Origin: Kiritimatiellia bacterium
GTDB lineage: Bacteria; Verrucomicrobiota; Kiritimatiellia; JAAZAB01
Direction of reading: 5' to 3'
NCBI GenBank assembly: GCA_028715905.1
Contig: JAQUQV010000004.1
Location: 16,664-80,663, forward strand
DNA length: 64,000 nucleotides
The position numbers were made by a program, and so were the translations under genes. Under the pieces are notes generated by a model that was not told the DNA's origin, searched no databases, and worked only from the letters and a program-made list of their open reading frames with translations. This document shows, piece by piece, positions 63,834 through 64,000 of the stretch (positions are counted from its first letter, which is position 1; every line of letters begins with the position of its first letter).

Positions 63834-64000
63834 TCAGAGTAATATCCTGTCCGCCGGTAATCGGCGGAAAAACCATCCCGGCGCGCGGGTTTGGAAACAA
63901 ATCGCTGTCCGGCCGCAGGTTTCCGCGGATTTGATCAACTCTTCCGCTCCCCTGATAATGCCCTGGGAATAACGAAGGCGGCTCACGATGCCGCCATGTT
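63834..64000 (-). CDS. 3' end of an unidentified minus-strand ORF that runs off the window end.
   Basis: Open frame ...HGGIVSRLRYSQGIIRGAEELIKSAETCGRTAICFQTRAPGWFFRRLPADRILL* by hand translation. Not in the track because it is truncated at the edge. Confidence 0.25.
   Translation of the reverse strand, partial: HGGIVSRLRYSQGIIRGAEELIKSAETCGRTAICFQTRAPGWFFRRLPADRILL

Overview
This 64 kb window is high-GC and gene-dense. It looks like an anaerobic Gram-negative genome, plausibly from the PVC superphylum (Verrucomicrobiota, Kiritimatiellota or Lentisphaerota); that placement is an inference from gene content only.

Contents in order:
(i) 1-6.7 kb: a partial secreted RCC1-repeat protein, a small HTH XRE-family regulator, an O-antigen-ligase-like membrane protein, and a giant secreted BACON/MBG/FG-GAP adhesin-like protein. 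The two secreted genes and the XRE gene share a perfect palindromic operator, TTCTACAA-T-TTGTAGAA. A roughly 170 bp promoter/XRE-3'-end block is duplicated upstream of the second secreted gene.
(ii) 6.8-10.4 kb: a Ni/Co ECF-type uptake operon (CbiO/Q/MN-like) plus an outer-membrane beta-barrel protein.
(iii) 10.7-14.7 kb: FHA and PEGA envelope proteins and CinA.
(iv) 14.9-25.1 kb: a 13-gene operon for a group-4 energy-converting (Mbh-like) [NiFe] hydrogenase. It opens with three tandem MrpD/NuoL-like antiporter subunits and ends with a HycI-type maturation protease.
(v) 25-40 kb: a polysaccharide deacetylase and a FadL-like OMP, then a second Mrp module (MrpE,F,G,B-pieces,C,D in MbhA-H order) plus two MrpA/NuoL-like genes. 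A divergent P-type ATPase lies inside this module and a frameshifted MscS channel follows it. The whole 14.6 kb segment is flanked by direct arrays of a hairpin-rich ~130 bp repeat.
(vi) 40-52 kb: an SSS symporter, GTPase Der, a secreted beta-propeller/FG-GAP protein, class II (B12) ribonucleotide reductase, PgpA, a GT2 glycosyltransferase and IlvD.
(vii) 52-63 kb: two giant surface-protein genes, one LRR-Ig-FN3-FG-GAP and one M4-thermolysin-FN3-FG-GAP. They share a near-identical 1.44 kb 3' cassette. An ECF-sigma / hypothetical / Ser-Thr-kinase triad sits between them on the opposite strand, and the M4 gene is 5'-truncated against the sigma gene.

The points most worth a second look are the expanded, split Mbh/Mrp hydrogenase-antiporter system, the structured repeat arrays bracketing the Mrp island, the shared XRE operator regulon, and the cassette-sharing adhesin family with its embedded sigma/kinase module.

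All product calls rest on motifs I read directly in the translated ORFs; no database search was possible.
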